Below are positions 1 through 10,086 of a DNA stretch of 64,000 nt, piece by piece; the first letter of the stretch is position 1; each line of letters begins with the position of its first letter. The DNA is from an uncultured Acidobacteriota bacterium. GTDB taxonomy: Bacteria > Acidobacteriota > Vicinamibacteria > Vicinamibacterales > CAVVIG01. The notes under the pieces were generated by a model. It was not told the origin of the DNA. It was given only the letters and a program-made list of their open reading frames with translations, and did not search any database. The DNA lies in NCBI GenBank assembly GCA_963780685.1, contig CAWACZ010000004.1, positions 71,879 to 135,878 of the forward strand, given 5' to 3'. The position numbers and the translations under genes are program-made.

Positions 1-493
1 GGTTGTTCAGGTTCTTCACACTGCTTGGCAGCATGTTGAGCAGCTCACTGGAAACAACGGTCTGTTTCCGGGCGTTGCGCGTGTCGACCAGCGGTGACTC
101 GCCCGTCACCGTGATCGTCTCCGTCGACCGCGCCGATCGCCATGTCCGCGTTCACCGTGGCGGTGAACCCCGACGGGCAGCTCGATGCCTTCCCGTTTGA
201 ACGTGCTGAAACCGGGCAGCGTGAAGGTGACCACATAGGGCCCGGGCCGCAGATCGACGATGTTATACCGGCCCTCGTGTCGGTGACGACGCTGCGGGAC
301 CTTTTCAATCAGGGCCGGACTGGCGGCTTCCACCGTGACGCCGGGCAGCACAGCCCCCGAGGTGTCCTTGACGACGCCCGCGATCCCGCTCGACGTCGCC
401 TGCTGCGCCGACGCGTGCCCGTGGAACGAGCAGGGCGCACACGATGCTGCTCACGCCTGCCACCACCACGCTTGTGCGTGCCAACAGCGCCAT
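1..493 (-). pseudogene. TonB-dependent receptor, N-terminal end (signal peptide + carboxypeptidase-regulatory-like domain). Runs off the window start; frame broken >=3 times
   Basis: Minus-strand translation gives MALLARTSVVVAGVSSIVCALLV (signal). It continues in other frames as GHASAQQATSSGIAGVVKDTSGAVLPGVTVEAASPALIEKV, EGRYNIVDLRPGPYVVTFTLPGFSTFKREGIELP, SGFTATVNADMAIGAVD and TVVSSELLNMLPSSVKNLNN. These are typical receptor N-terminal motifs spread over three frames (track ORFs 305..493, 106..351, 45..308). Confidence 0.7.
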
Positions 494-519
494 GGATAGG
501 GATTCCTTACCGCTCGGTG

Positions 520-547
520 ATTATCCCTGACGATGAGATGGTGTCAA
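520..547 (-). promoter_or_regulatory. sigma70-like promoter candidate for the TonB-receptor gene
   Basis: Reverse complement of 520..547 reads TTGACA-ccatctcatcgtcagg-GATAAT (16-nt spacer). The -10 box ends ~26 nt upstream of the ATG at 493. Confidence 0.4.
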
Positions 548-698
548 TACGAACCCGAACGCTTCAGCCCAGCGCGAAACTTCCGCCCCACGCACCCCTA
601 CCTCGCACGAGCGCGGTGTGACAAGGGGAGACGTGACACACCGATCGCAGGCCTTGACAGGCGACGACAGTCAGCCGCCAGAGGCGCGGGCCACGACG

Positions 699-1316
699 TC
701 AGCGCGGCGAGCCGTCAGGCGTTCTGACGGAACTCGACAGGCGCCACTGTGTGAGCCACGATCTCATCTTGGCGATCTCGGCGCGCTGCACCACCAATAT
801 CTCGTCGACCAGCACGTCGATCCCGTAGGGCTGGCGGCCGCTTTCGGACTGCCGGCGTTGCTGCGCACGCCCCATGGCGAGCGCGCCCTCGTGGTGGACG
901 ATCATCCCCTCGAGCCACAAGCGCTCGAACGCCGCTCCTTTCGCCGCGGCCATCGCATCCATCTGGCCCTTGGGCAGGAAGCCAGGCATCGGTTGGTCTG
1001 CGTGCGGGTCGTGATGAGGAACCGTCATCCCGCGATCTGCAGCGAGGGCAAGTAGCGATTCCATCTGATCGATCTCGGCCCGTTGCGCCCCGGCGATCTG
1101 CCGGGCGAAGCGGATGAGCTCCGCGCGCCCAGTGCGGGACGGCACGAGCGCCGCCAAATCGAGGGCCTGCTCGTGGTGAACGATCATGTGGCGCAGGAAG
1201 AGCAGATCCTCTGGCGTGTAGAGCTCCGCGGCGCGACCGTGCGCCTGGGCCGAAACGCTGGCGACGCACCTGGCGACAATGAGGAGCAGGCAGGCGACCC
1301 GCCATCGGGTTCTCAT
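699..1316 (-). CDS. DUF305 family protein (ferritin-like four-helix, metal/copper-stress associated), secreted
   Basis: Internal ATG of track ORF 699..1769. MRTRWRVACLLLIVARCVASVSAQA signal, duplicated FLRHMIVHHEQAL / MIVHHEGAL motifs typical of DUF305. ATG overlaps the upstream stop (ATGA at 1313-1316). Confidence 0.85.
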   Translation of the reverse strand: MRTRWRVACLLLIVARCVASVSAQAHGRAAELYTPEDLLFLRHMIVHHEQALDLAALVPSRTGRAELIRFARQIAGAQRAEIDQMESLLALAADRGMTVPHHDPHADQPMPGFLPKGQMDAMAAAKGAAFERLWLEGMIVHHEGALAMGRAQQRRQSESGRQPYGIDVLVDEILVVQRAEIAKMRSWLTQWRLSSSVRTPDGSPR

Positions 1317-3262
1317 CTTCTCCCCGACGGGTGTGGGCTGGTGCGATTGGACGAGTACACGACGTTCTTCGGCACGTCCTCCGCATGAGGCCCCGTGTAC
1401 TTGAGCACGTGCAGGCCGGTGTGGTTGTCGCCGACGTAGATCAGTCCGTTGTGGATGTCGGGATACGTGATGACGTCGCCCCACGGAACTGGCCTCGCAT
1501 GACCGACCTCCCGCGGATTGAACGGATTGGAGATGTCGATCGCGCGGACACCGTGGCCCAGCCAGCCGACGAACACGACGTTCTCGAGCACCGTCGGATT
1601 GTGCGCGTGCATCATCGGCCGGATGGCCGCGCCGGGCACCTTGGCCTGCGCGAGGCAGTTCTGCACCATGCTGTCGGACTGCGCGAGGGCGCCGACCATC
1701 ATCGGCGTCATCTCCGACTCGACGTTGATGATCCTGAGGCCTCGTTCGGGGCACGGGCCGAAGGGCCACTCCTCGGTGATCACCATCCAGGCCGGACGGT
1801 TCTTCGGGTTCTCGCGTGACAGAGACGGCCGGCCCGGCACCGGCACGGCACTGTGCACGCCCACCATCGCGATGAGCGGCGGAGTGAAGCTGAAGCGTGA
1901 TCGCGTCTCGAGTCGCGTGTAGCGCGCCAGCTTGTCCACCTCGGACCGGTCGGAGCGCAGCATCGCCAGCACGCCGGGATCGGAGTTGAGCACCGGGTGC
2001 ACGCAGTCGTTCGCCACCTCGGGAAGCTTCTTGACGTCGACGACGCCGCCAATTTTTCCGTCCACCCAGACATTGGTCGATCGCTGACGGCAGACGTCAC
2101 CCGCGGCCAGCTGCGCGTTGGTGTTGTTCGCGATCCGTTCGGTGTTCAGGATGTAGGTGCCGGCCGTGGTGCCGGCGACGTAGAAGCGCTCGCCATCGTC
2201 GGACATCGTCCCGGAGTGCAGGCTGTTCACCTGGGACGTCTGTGTGGCGCCCGGCCTCCCCCACTGGTCGGTCAGATGACGGTAGTCGGCAAACCGGCCG
2301 CCCGCGTAGAGGCCTGTGGAGTCTGGACGTTCGTTCCGCACCGGACCGCCGATGCCCTCGAGCGTGAATGACGCGACGAACACAGGCTTCTCGAGCACCT
2401 TGCCGGTCTTCTCGTCGGTGATCGCGGTCACGACGAGGTCCTCGTCCTGCGATCCGTAGGTCTGCGAGAGGACGAGCAGCCGGTTGGGATTGCGCGGATC
2501 GTGCCAGAGGTAGAACTCGTGCGCGAGCACGTCCTCGGCTTTTGCGCCGCCGTCAACAGCGTCCACCGGGAGGCACGACCGGGGATCGAGCGTGTAGGTG
2601 ATCACGTCGCCGCCCGTCCCGGTTGCGGCGCTGCGGACCATCAGCATCCGTTCGACGCCGTCCGTGGACGTGTAGTTGTAGGGGCGCAGCTCCCGGTCGC
2701 GCACGGCTGTTTCGCCGTTGTCCACGGTGAGCTGGGGCATCCTGCCGACCTCGACCGGCGGGTTCTTCTCCGGATCGGGTTGAATCTTGAAGATCCTCAC
2801 GTCGTGGGTCACGCGCGGGCCGGTGGTGTTGGTTGAATTGCTGCGTCCCCAATACAGACAGTCGCCGGCTATGCCGAGACCCGTCGATCCCCACCCTGTT
2901 GGAAAGCCGTCGAGGTCGCCGCCGCGCCATCGACCCGTCGCGGGGTCCCGTGTCGACGGCGCCGTGGGCACCCAATGCAGCCATTCGAAGTTGCGGAACA
3001 GCCCCAGCTTCTTCGCAGCCACGAACGCTCCCGCGTGCGCGTCCTTCGGCGACGAGGTCGGGTCCAGGTTGCCTTGCGCATCCATGCGACCACCCGGCAG
3101 CTTGTCGAACGGGATGTCGAAAGTGGTGAACGTAGCCGGCACGCAGTCCGACGGCTTCGCGCTCGCCCGGTCCGTGCACGAGGTGTTCTGGCCGCTCACG
3201 CGGGTCGCGAGTGCCACCGCTAGGACGCCTGCGAGCAGGGCAAGCGAGAGATTTCGCGCCAT
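1313..3262 (-). CDS. secreted protein, probable beta-propeller (LVIVD-repeat-like C-terminus)
   Basis: 650-aa uninterrupted ORF from MARNLSLALLAGVLAVALATRVSGQ (signal). C-terminal GHGVRAIDISNPFNPREVGH...GLIYVGDNHTGLHVLKY resembles LVIVD repeats. 4-nt overlap with the DUF305 gene suggests an operon. Confidence 0.7.
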   Translation of the reverse strand: MARNLSLALLAGVLAVALATRVSGQNTSCTDRASAKPSDCVPATFTTFDIPFDKLPGGRMDAQGNLDPTSSPKDAHAGAFVAAKKLGLFRNFEWLHWVPTAPSTRDPATGRWRGGDLDGFPTGWGSTGLGIAGDCLYWGRSNSTNTTGPRVTHDVRIFKIQPDPEKNPPVEVGRMPQLTVDNGETAVRDRELRPYNYTSTDGVERMLMVRSAATGTGGDVITYTLDPRSCLPVDAVDGGAKAEDVLAHEFYLWHDPRNPNRLLVLSQTYGSQDEDLVVTAITDEKTGKVLEKPVFVASFTLEGIGGPVRNERPDSTGLYAGGRFADYRHLTDQWGRPGATQTSQVNSLHSGTMSDDGERFYVAGTTAGTYILNTERIANNTNAQLAAGDVCRQRSTNVWVDGKIGGVVDVKKLPEVANDCVHPVLNSDPGVLAMLRSDRSEVDKLARYTRLETRSRFSFTPPLIAMVGVHSAVPVPGRPSLSRENPKNRPAWMVITEEWPFGPCPERGLRIINVESEMTPMMVGALAQSDSMVQNCLAQAKVPGAAIRPMMHAHNPTVLENVVFVGWLGHGVRAIDISNPFNPREVGHARPVPWGDVITYPDIHNGLIYVGDNHTGLHVLKYTGPHAEDVPKNVVYSSNRTSPHPSGRR

Positions 3263-3443
3263 CGGCTTGGATCTCCTGATGTATCCACGGTTTGAGAACG
3301 GGCGGTATTCGACACAGCCTAGCATCCTTCCCCCGCTTCCTACGGTCGCCGCGTCGTGACGTCGTCGCGAGCTGGGCCACCGTACAGGAGCGCGGCGGCA
3401 GCCTGAACGTCATTCGAGCTCCTGTCGGGTGCGGGCCACATCT

Positions 3444-4298
3444 TCATTCCGCCATCCTCACCTCGACGATGATGCCGTTGTTGTCCGCGAAGCGGACAAC
3501 GTCGGGCTCGTCCGCGGCCGGAAGCACGCGTGTGCCGAGCTCCCGCAGCCGAGTCTCCATCGCACCGCGGTCGAACGGCGCGACCTTGATCGCGTAGTGG
3601 GCGATCGCAGGCGCCTGCCCCTGCGACGCCTCCTCCAAGCCCAGTCGGGTATTGCGCTCCAGATGAAACCAGACGCGCCCGTTGGAATCGCGGGGCCGTT
3701 CGCCCGCAGTGCCGTACACCAGGCGGTAGTACGGCAGCGATTTCTCGAGGCTGCTGACACGGAGGAGCACGTGATCGACGCCGCGCGGCATGAGCTGCCC
3801 GTCGCGCTCGATGGGCAGCGGCGACGGCACAGCCGCCGTCACCAGGCCCGCCGGCGGCTGAAACAGTTGCAACTCGAGCCGATCCGGATCCGGCCACATC
3901 CCGGTCGGCCCTGCCGCGGCGACGTCAAAGCCGGCCGTTTGCAGCGTCCCGGCCACGCCCGCCCGGTCGTAGACCTTCGCCAGCACGCAGTAGTGGCCGA
4001 TTGCCGGCACCCGCCCACCAGCCGCGCCGATGGCGATGTAGCCGACCTGTCGATCGGCCGGCAGGTCGCCGAGCAGGACGAAGTAGCGCAGCGTGTCGCG
4101 TACCGGCTGCTGGTGCAGCGCGGACCTGAATATCCGCGCATAGAACCGCGCCGATGCCGCGGGATCCGGCACGATGATGTCGAGATGTTCGAGGCCCAGG
4201 TTGTCGAGCGGCAGGGCCTTGGGCGCCGTCGTTTGCGCTCGGACACCGAGACCGAACGTGACGACGGCCATCCCGGCCACGAGCGTGGCGCGAATCAT
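3444..4298 (-). CDS. VOC (glyoxalase/bleomycin-resistance/extradiol dioxygenase) family protein, two domains, signal peptide
   Basis: Internal ATG (MIRATLVAGMAVVTFGLGVRAQ) of track ORF 3444..5006. HLDIIVPDPAASARFYARIF and VDHVLLRVSSLEKSLPYYRLVYG are VOC-type beta-alpha-beta-beta-beta starts. Start overlaps the upstream stop by 1 nt (TGATG). Confidence 0.8.
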   Translation of the reverse strand: MIRATLVAGMAVVTFGLGVRAQTTAPKALPLDNLGLEHLDIIVPDPAASARFYARIFRSALHQQPVRDTLRYFVLLGDLPADRQVGYIAIGAAGGRVPAIGHYCVLAKVYDRAGVAGTLQTAGFDVAAAGPTGMWPDPDRLELQLFQPPAGLVTAAVPSPLPIERDGQLMPRGVDHVLLRVSSLEKSLPYYRLVYGTAGERPRDSNGRVWFHLERNTRLGLEEASQGQAPAIAHYAIKVAPFDRGAMETRLRELGTRVLPAADEPDVVRFADNNGIIVEVRMAE

Positions 4299-5347
4299 CA
4301 CCGTCCCTGCTGCGACGGCCGGCTCGATCGTCCCTCGCCCGCCGTGCGCTCGAGGGAACGCGACGCGGAGAGCATGTTGGACATGCCGGAATTCCCCTCG
4401 TGGCACGCGTACTCGAACACACCAGCACGGGCCGGCCGCGCCTGCAAGTCGAGAGCGGCGGTCCAGGGTGCGGTCCACGTCGCCGGATCGACGAAGGTGA
4501 CCTCGTACTGGATGGCGTCCCGCCCGGTGCGTGTGAAGCGCTCGATCAGGCGGAGCCCTGGCGTCGACGCGCGCGTGTTCGCCTTGAGGTGGCTCGATTC
4601 GACGACCAGCGTCGTCCCGTCCCACCGGCCGCGCGCGTCGCCCATGTACATCCGGAGCGTCTCCGATAAGGGAGCGCGCTGCCGCGGCAAAGAGTCGAGC
4701 GGGATGACGCGCGTATCGTGAATCAGCTCGTAAGTGATGGCGACGAAACCCGGGCTCTGGACGATCCGCATGTTGGCGTTGTAGACCGCCGGGAACATTG
4801 CATCCGGAAAACCTCCACCGTGGACGATACAGCGGACGCCGAGACCATAGTCCTCGTACGAGTCGCACGGCTCGCCGCGCTGCAGACTTCCGCACCGCTG
4901 CGGCACGGGAAACGGCTTGGCCTGCGCCGTTCGCGGAGGGAAACGTCCATCCGGCGGATCGATCACAAGGGAGGTACGCCGCGAGGTCGTGTTGTACTCG
5001 CGCCAATGCGGGATCGGCGCAGTCGGCGCGTCCACCTTGCCGGAAAGCACATCGACCGGCGCCAGATCGCGCTCGTCACGGACCCGGACCTCTTCGAGCC
5101 GCTCGGCATACTCGTCGTCAGTCAGGAACTGTCGCGTGCCGAACTGCGGCGGCCGCTCGAAGGGCACACCGTATTCCCCTTCACCCGTCCACTCTCCCTG
5201 TAGATCAGGGTCGCCCCACGGCGTCCGCTCGAGCCACGTCCCCGCCCCCCTGGTCTGGACGCCGGGTGTGCGCTGTGCGATGAGGTGCGCCGATGCGGCG
5301 ATCGCCAACAGGATTGCGGTGATCCCGAAGGTGATTCGGGTTCTCAT
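4298..5347 (-). CDS. secreted protein of unknown function (distant paralog of 58341..59402)
   Basis: MRTRITFGITAILLAIAASAHLIAQ signal. Shares the ordered motifs RIVQ(S/T)P, H..R.I..D, G.W.G.TLV(V/I).S and ERF.R....YE.TF.DP with the ORF at 58341..59402. Confidence 0.75.
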   Translation of the reverse strand: MRTRITFGITAILLAIAASAHLIAQRTPGVQTRGAGTWLERTPWGDPDLQGEWTGEGEYGVPFERPPQFGTRQFLTDDEYAERLEEVRVRDERDLAPVDVLSGKVDAPTAPIPHWREYNTTSRRTSLVIDPPDGRFPPRTAQAKPFPVPQRCGSLQRGEPCDSYEDYGLGVRCIVHGGGFPDAMFPAVYNANMRIVQSPGFVAITYELIHDTRVIPLDSLPRQRAPLSETLRMYMGDARGRWDGTTLVVESSHLKANTRASTPGLRLIERFTRTGRDAIQYEVTFVDPATWTAPWTAALDLQARPARAGVFEYACHEGNSGMSNMLSASRSLERTAGEGRSSRPSQQGR

Positions 5348-5511
5348 GTCATCGCTCCCCGTCACGGATTCTACAGCGCGAAGTGGTCGCCCGACGGCCG
5401 GATCCGCTAAGCGCTGGCAATCACCGGCCTGGCAGCCCTGAAAGGCTGCGCTACGTCGCGCCTCGACGGACAGCTTGCTGTAGTCAGGCCTAAACGACAC
5501 CTCGATGTAGC

Positions 5512-6213
5512 GCAGGCCTTTAGGCTAATGCCGTTCGGAAATTCAATGAGCCGAACGCTTGTGCTGCTGAGCGTTGGCCACATTTGGCGCCGAGAGCCGA
5601 CACGGCGGAGGGTCGTCAGCTGGCGCGTCGGGCCGTCACGTCGACCCGGAAAACCCGCGCTCCGTTCGAACACTGGCGCTGCGCGGCGGTCTTACCAACT
5701 TGCGGCACGCGCAGATCAACTAGCCCCGTCCGGGATGCTTGGGGCCCTCGGGTGACATCGCGAGAGACCGCCGCGAACTCACTCACTGCGCGCGGGTTTT
5801 CCTGACGCGTGACGGGTCGACTTCACGGCCCTTGCGCCAGCTGACGACCCTCCGTGTCGGCGGCCGCCCGCGACGGCGCGGAGCCGTGGCGGGACGCGTC
5901 GCGGGCCGCGCGCCGTTTGGAGTCGGCCCGCCACCGCGCTGGAAAAACGGCGTGAAGCTGAGGCCTGCGCGGCCGTCTGCCACGAGGTCACCCGGACCGA
6001 AGCGTTGCCCGAGGCGGGACTCGTTGATCGGAGCGATGTCGCGAATCGGCAGGACGGCCGCGCCAGCGACAGGGCGGCGAGCGCAACGCCGTTTTTCGGG
6101 CTGACGGAACCGGCGCGACGGCCCGCGATGCTTCCCGCCGCGGGTCGCGTCGCGCCACTGACCGCTGTGCGGTCAGTCACGAATTTCCCAACGGCATTAG
6201 CCTTTAGGCCTGC
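5512..6213 (+). repeat. non-coding repeat element, copy A (~0.7 kb) with 26-27 nt inverted terminal motifs
   Basis: 5512..5538 gcaggcctttaggctaatgccgttcgg matches the reverse complement of 6188..6213 (gcaggcctaaaggctaatgccgttgg) at 24 of 26 positions. The body aligns by hand with the reverse complement of 15405..15987. The only ORFs inside are Arg-rich and not conserved between copies. Confidence 0.7.
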
Positions 6214-6216
6214 CCA

Positions 6217-7341
6217 CTAGCTTGATTTGAGCTTCAGGAGATTCGCCGCGGTCCCACCCAGAATCGCGATCTGCTCGTCGGCGGTCAGCCCTGGTGTCTG
6301 CAGCACGGTGTCGACAGGCGTGCTGCTGGCGATCGGAAATCCGAAGTCCGTACCGATGACGATCTGGCTGGCGCCTGACGCTGTGACGAGGTTCCGCACG
6401 TTCTGCGGACTGTAGACGAGCGAATCGAAGTACAGCTGGGGGCCACGCAGGTACTCACTCGGCTTTCTTTTCATTTTCTGACAGGTGGCCTGCACGGCGT
6501 GGCAGTTGTCCGAGCGGCCGATATATGACGCCAGGAATCCTCCCCCATGCGCCGCGACAATCCTGAGGCCCGGAAAACGATCGAGGAAGCCCTCGAAGAT
6601 CATGTGCGACAGGGCAACGGTGGTGTCGAGCGGAAATCCGATGTTGTTCCCGAGCGCGCCAGCCCCCTCGAATCTCTTCGCCGCGTCTTCCCATCCAGCA
6701 GGATGGACGAAGATGATCGTCCCCAGCTCCTCGGCCCGCTTCCAGAATGGATCGAGCTTCGGGTTGGCGAGCTCGCCGCCATTCACGTTGGCCCCGACGA
6801 TGAAGCCGCGCAGGTCGAGCCTGGTCGCCGCGTGGTTCATCTGCTCGATGGCGAGATCCGGAGATTGCAGCGAGACGTTGCCCAACCCGACGAAGCGATC
6901 TGGATGCGCGGCACAGAGCTCGGCAATCTTCTCGTTCTGCATGCGGACGATCCGGGCGGCGAGATCCGGTTCGGTGAAGTACAGGAACTGGCTCGGATGC
7001 ACGCTGATGACATGGACGTCGATGCCCTGGCGATCCATCTCCCTGAACCGGCGGTCGAGTGTCGCGGCGTCAACCGCCATCGGACTGCTGGCAAGATTCG
7101 CCATGGCGCGGTCCACTTGCGGCAGATCTTTGACGAGCGGCCACGCCTCCTGGACGAAGACATGGCTGTGCATGTCGACGGTGCGAACCGTCTTCCCGCC
7201 GATCGTCACGCGCCGCCGACCGGCCGGCGCTTGCCCCGCCAATGCGGCTGCGCCGCCGAAGACGTCGCATCGGCAGAACAGAATCCCGCCACCCGCCGCT
7301 GCGGTTGAACGAAGAAATCGGCGTCTGCCAATCATCCTCAT
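6217..7341 (-). CDS. amidohydrolase family protein (PF04909/ACMSD-like metal-dependent hydrolase) with Tat-type signal
   Basis: MRMIGRRRFLRSTAAAGGGILF twin-arginine signal; VDMHSHVF, FVHPAGW, AAHGGGF and GTDFGFP motifs. Start could also be 7374 or 7335. Confidence 0.85.
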   Translation of the reverse strand: MRMIGRRRFLRSTAAAGGGILFCRCDVFGGAAALAGQAPAGRRRVTIGGKTVRTVDMHSHVFVQEAWPLVKDLPQVDRAMANLASSPMAVDAATLDRRFREMDRQGIDVHVISVHPSQFLYFTEPDLAARIVRMQNEKIAELCAAHPDRFVGLGNVSLQSPDLAIEQMNHAATRLDLRGFIVGANVNGGELANPKLDPFWKRAEELGTIIFVHPAGWEDAAKRFEGAGALGNNIGFPLDTTVALSHMIFEGFLDRFPGLRIVAAHGGGFLASYIGRSDNCHAVQATCQKMKRKPSEYLRGPQLYFDSLVYSPQNVRNLVTASGASQIVIGTDFGFPIASSTPVDTVLQTPGLTADEQIAILGGTAANLLKLKSS

Positions 7342-7632
7342 AGCGGCTCGATCATACTCTCGGCCAGTTGGCATGGACTGGCTGATTCACGACCACGACC
7401 AAAACAACAGCCGAGCACGCCGATATCGCCGAGGAGTTTTTGACCAAATCAATTCTCGGCGGACTTCGCGGTCTCGGCGGTGAACCTTATGAGTGGTATT
7501 TGGTGTACGGGCCACTGATCCCAGCGCACTCCAGGCCTGATACGTGTGGCACTCTAAGGCGCTAATTTCACAGTGTTTGCAGTATGATTCCAGAACGAGT
7601 TCAACGGTTCAAAAGGTTCAAGGGTCTGGTTT

Positions 7633-10071
7633 TTGGGAGTGCCATTGCTCAGGAGAGGGCTCTTCGCCTGCATCGTTACCTGGCTGGCTGCCCTGTTGTT
7701 GCTGCCAAGCCATCCGGAGGCCATCGCTCAGCAGCCATCTGCGTCCTCTTCGGCCTCGAGCTCCACCGAGCGCGCTCTGGTCGACAAGTACTGCATCACC
7801 TGTCATAACCAGCGCACCAAGACCGCCGGCCTGACACTGGACACAGTCGACCTGTCGGACCCGCCGGCCGGGGCGCAGGTCTGGGAAAAGGTCATCCGGA
7901 AGCTCCGCGGCGGAATGATGCCGCCGGTTGGAATGCCCCGTCCGGATCGGACGGCCCTGACCAGCCTGGCGTCCTACCTCGAGACCTCAATCGACGCGGC
8001 GTCCGCCGCCGATCCCCATCCGGGCCGAACGGTCCTCCATCGACTCAATCGTGCCGAGTACGGAAATGCGCTGCGCGACCTGCTCGCGCTCGATATCGAC
8101 GTCGCCTCGTTCTTGCCGCCTGACGAAGAGGCGTACGGCTTCGACAACATCGGAGCCGTGCTGGGCATGTCGCCGGCGCTGATGGAGCGGTATCTGTCGG
8201 CGGCCTGGAAGATCAGCGCCCTGGCGGTTGGAAGCCCGAAGATCACGCCGGCCATCGAGACGTTCCGCGTCCGCTCCGACCTGTCGCAGAACGACCACAT
8301 CGAAGGGCTGCCGATCGGCACTCGCGGCGGGCTCCTCGTTCGCTACAACTTTCCGGTCGACGGTGAATACGTCGTCAGGCCGAGGCTGTATCGGGAGACC
8401 GTCAACATCATTCGCGGACTGGAAGTCGCGCACGATCTGGAAATCACGTTCGACGGCGAGCGGATTCTGCTCGCGCGTTTCGGCGGTCGCGACGACGAGG
8501 TGGCGAACTATTTCAATCCGACGGCAGCCGGGGACGAGCTGGAGAAGCGGTTTCAGGTCCGAATGCCAGTCAAGGCAGGCCCGCACGCGATTGGCGTCGC
8601 GTTCCTGAAGAAGAGCTCCGCTCCGACCGTGGAGCTGCTGCAACCCTTCCTCCGCGAGCGGATCGATCCGATCACGCCGGTCGGCATTCCTGAAGTCGAC
8701 AAGGTGACCATCGAAGGCCCATTCAACGTCACCGGATCCGGCGACTCACCGAGCCGTCGTCGGATCTTCACCTGCCGGCCCACCGGCAGCAACCTGGAAA
8801 CAACGATGCGCTGACGTGCGCGCGGACGATTCTGTCGACGCTGGGGCGGCGCGCGTATCGCCGTCCGATGACCGATGCGGAATTGGAGCGGCTGCTCGAC
8901 TTTCTTCCGCGACGGGCACGAGAAGGAAGGCCGTTTCGACGCCGGCGTCGAGAACGCTCTGGCCTTCATGCTCGTGTCGCCGCAGTTTCTGTTCCGGTTC
9001 GAGCGCGATCCCGAAAACGCCGCGCCGGGCACGGTGTATCGCATCGGCGACCTCGAACTGGCGTCGCGCTTGTCGTTCTTTCTCTGGAGCAGCATTCCGG
9101 ACGATCAGCTGTTGAATCTGGCCGTTCAGGGAAAGCTTCAAAATCCAGGCGTCCTCGAGCAACAGGTGAAGCGGATGCTGGCCGACCAGCGCGCCCGTGC
9201 GCTCGGCAGCAACTTCGCCGGCCAGTGGCTGTATCTGCGGAACTTGAAGAGCCATCAGCCGGACGAGGACCTCTTTCCCGACTTCGACGACAACCTGCGG
9301 CAGGCGCTCAAGCGCGAGACCGAGCTGCTGTTCGAGAACATCGTGCTCGAAGACCACGGGATCCTCGATCTGCTCGACGCGAACTACACGTTCGTCAACG
9401 AGCGGCTGGCACGGCACTACGGCATCCCGAACATCTATGGCGATCAGTTCCGCCGGGTGAACGTGCCAGCGGACTATCGCAGAGGGCTGCTGGGTCAGGG
9501 CAGCGTGCTCACGTTGAATTCGTACGCGAATCGGACCTCCCCCGTCACTCGCGGTAAGTACATCCTCACGAACATTCTGGGCACGCCGCCTCCTCCACCG
9601 CCTGCGGACGTCCCGCCCCTCGACGAGAAGCCCGGCAAAGCGGCTTCGATGCGCGATCGGATGGAGGAGCATCGAAAGAATCCGTCGTGCTCGGGCTGTC
9701 ACAAGCTGATGGACCCGATCGGCCTGGCCCTCGAAAATTTCGACGGCATCGGGCGCTGGCGGACGATGGACGGCGGGCGCCCGATCGATCGCGTCGAGCA
9801 CGCTGTGTAACGGCGCGCAAGTTGACGGCCCGGCGGGGCTTCGGCAGGCCATTCTGAGCCGTCCCGAGCAGTTCGTCGGAACCGATGACGGAAATGCTGC
9901 TGACCTATGCGCTGGGACGCGGGCTCGAGCATTACGATATGCCGGTGGTTCGCTCGATCGTGCAGGAGGCGGCCGCGGCAAAATTATCGTTTTTCGTCGC
10001 TGGTGCCAGGCATCGTGAAGAGCGTGCCGTTTCAGATGAGAAAAGTGAAGAGGGCGAGACGGCGGGAATGA
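7633..10071 (+). pseudogene. DUF1592-family protein (planctomycete-type cytochrome-c domain with DUF1587/1592/1595/1588/1585 segments), >=5 frame changes
   Basis: CITCHNQRTKTAGLTLDTVDLSDP heme-like CxxCH near the N-terminus. Homologous sequence runs frame1 -> frame0 (~8800, ALTCARTILSTLGRRAYRRPMTDAELERLLDF) -> frame1 (~8910, FFRDGHEKEGRFDAGVENALAFMLVSPQFLFRFE) -> frame2 (~9790, ASSTLCNGAQVDGPAGLRQAILSRPEQFVG) -> frame0 (9885, TEMLLTYALGRGLEHYDMPVVRSIV) -> frame1 (~9990, NYRFSSLVPGIVKSVPFQMRKV), stop at 10069-10071. Confidence 0.85.
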
Positions 10072-10086
10072 AGGTGAGATCTGAAT

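Noticed and set aside
699-1769. Full-length 356-aa reading of this ORF (likewise 3444..5006 and 47557..48750)
   Set aside because: The upstream parts overlap the preceding genes out of frame and are Arg-rich. Signal peptides, RBS-like sequences and stop/start overlaps support the internal starts 1316, 4298 and 48048.
3429-4721. 430-aa + strand ORF
   Set aside because: Antisense to the VOC gene and the secreted-protein gene, with Arg-rich composition.
5528-5755. Protein-coding interpretation of the repeat element (ORFs 5528..5755 and 15360..15941)
   Set aside because: The two copies differ by many non-triplet indels. The shared peptides (LLSV.HI, KPALRS, APSG) are short, and frame retention between them is explicable by chance (~1 in 9). 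Composition is Arg-rich.
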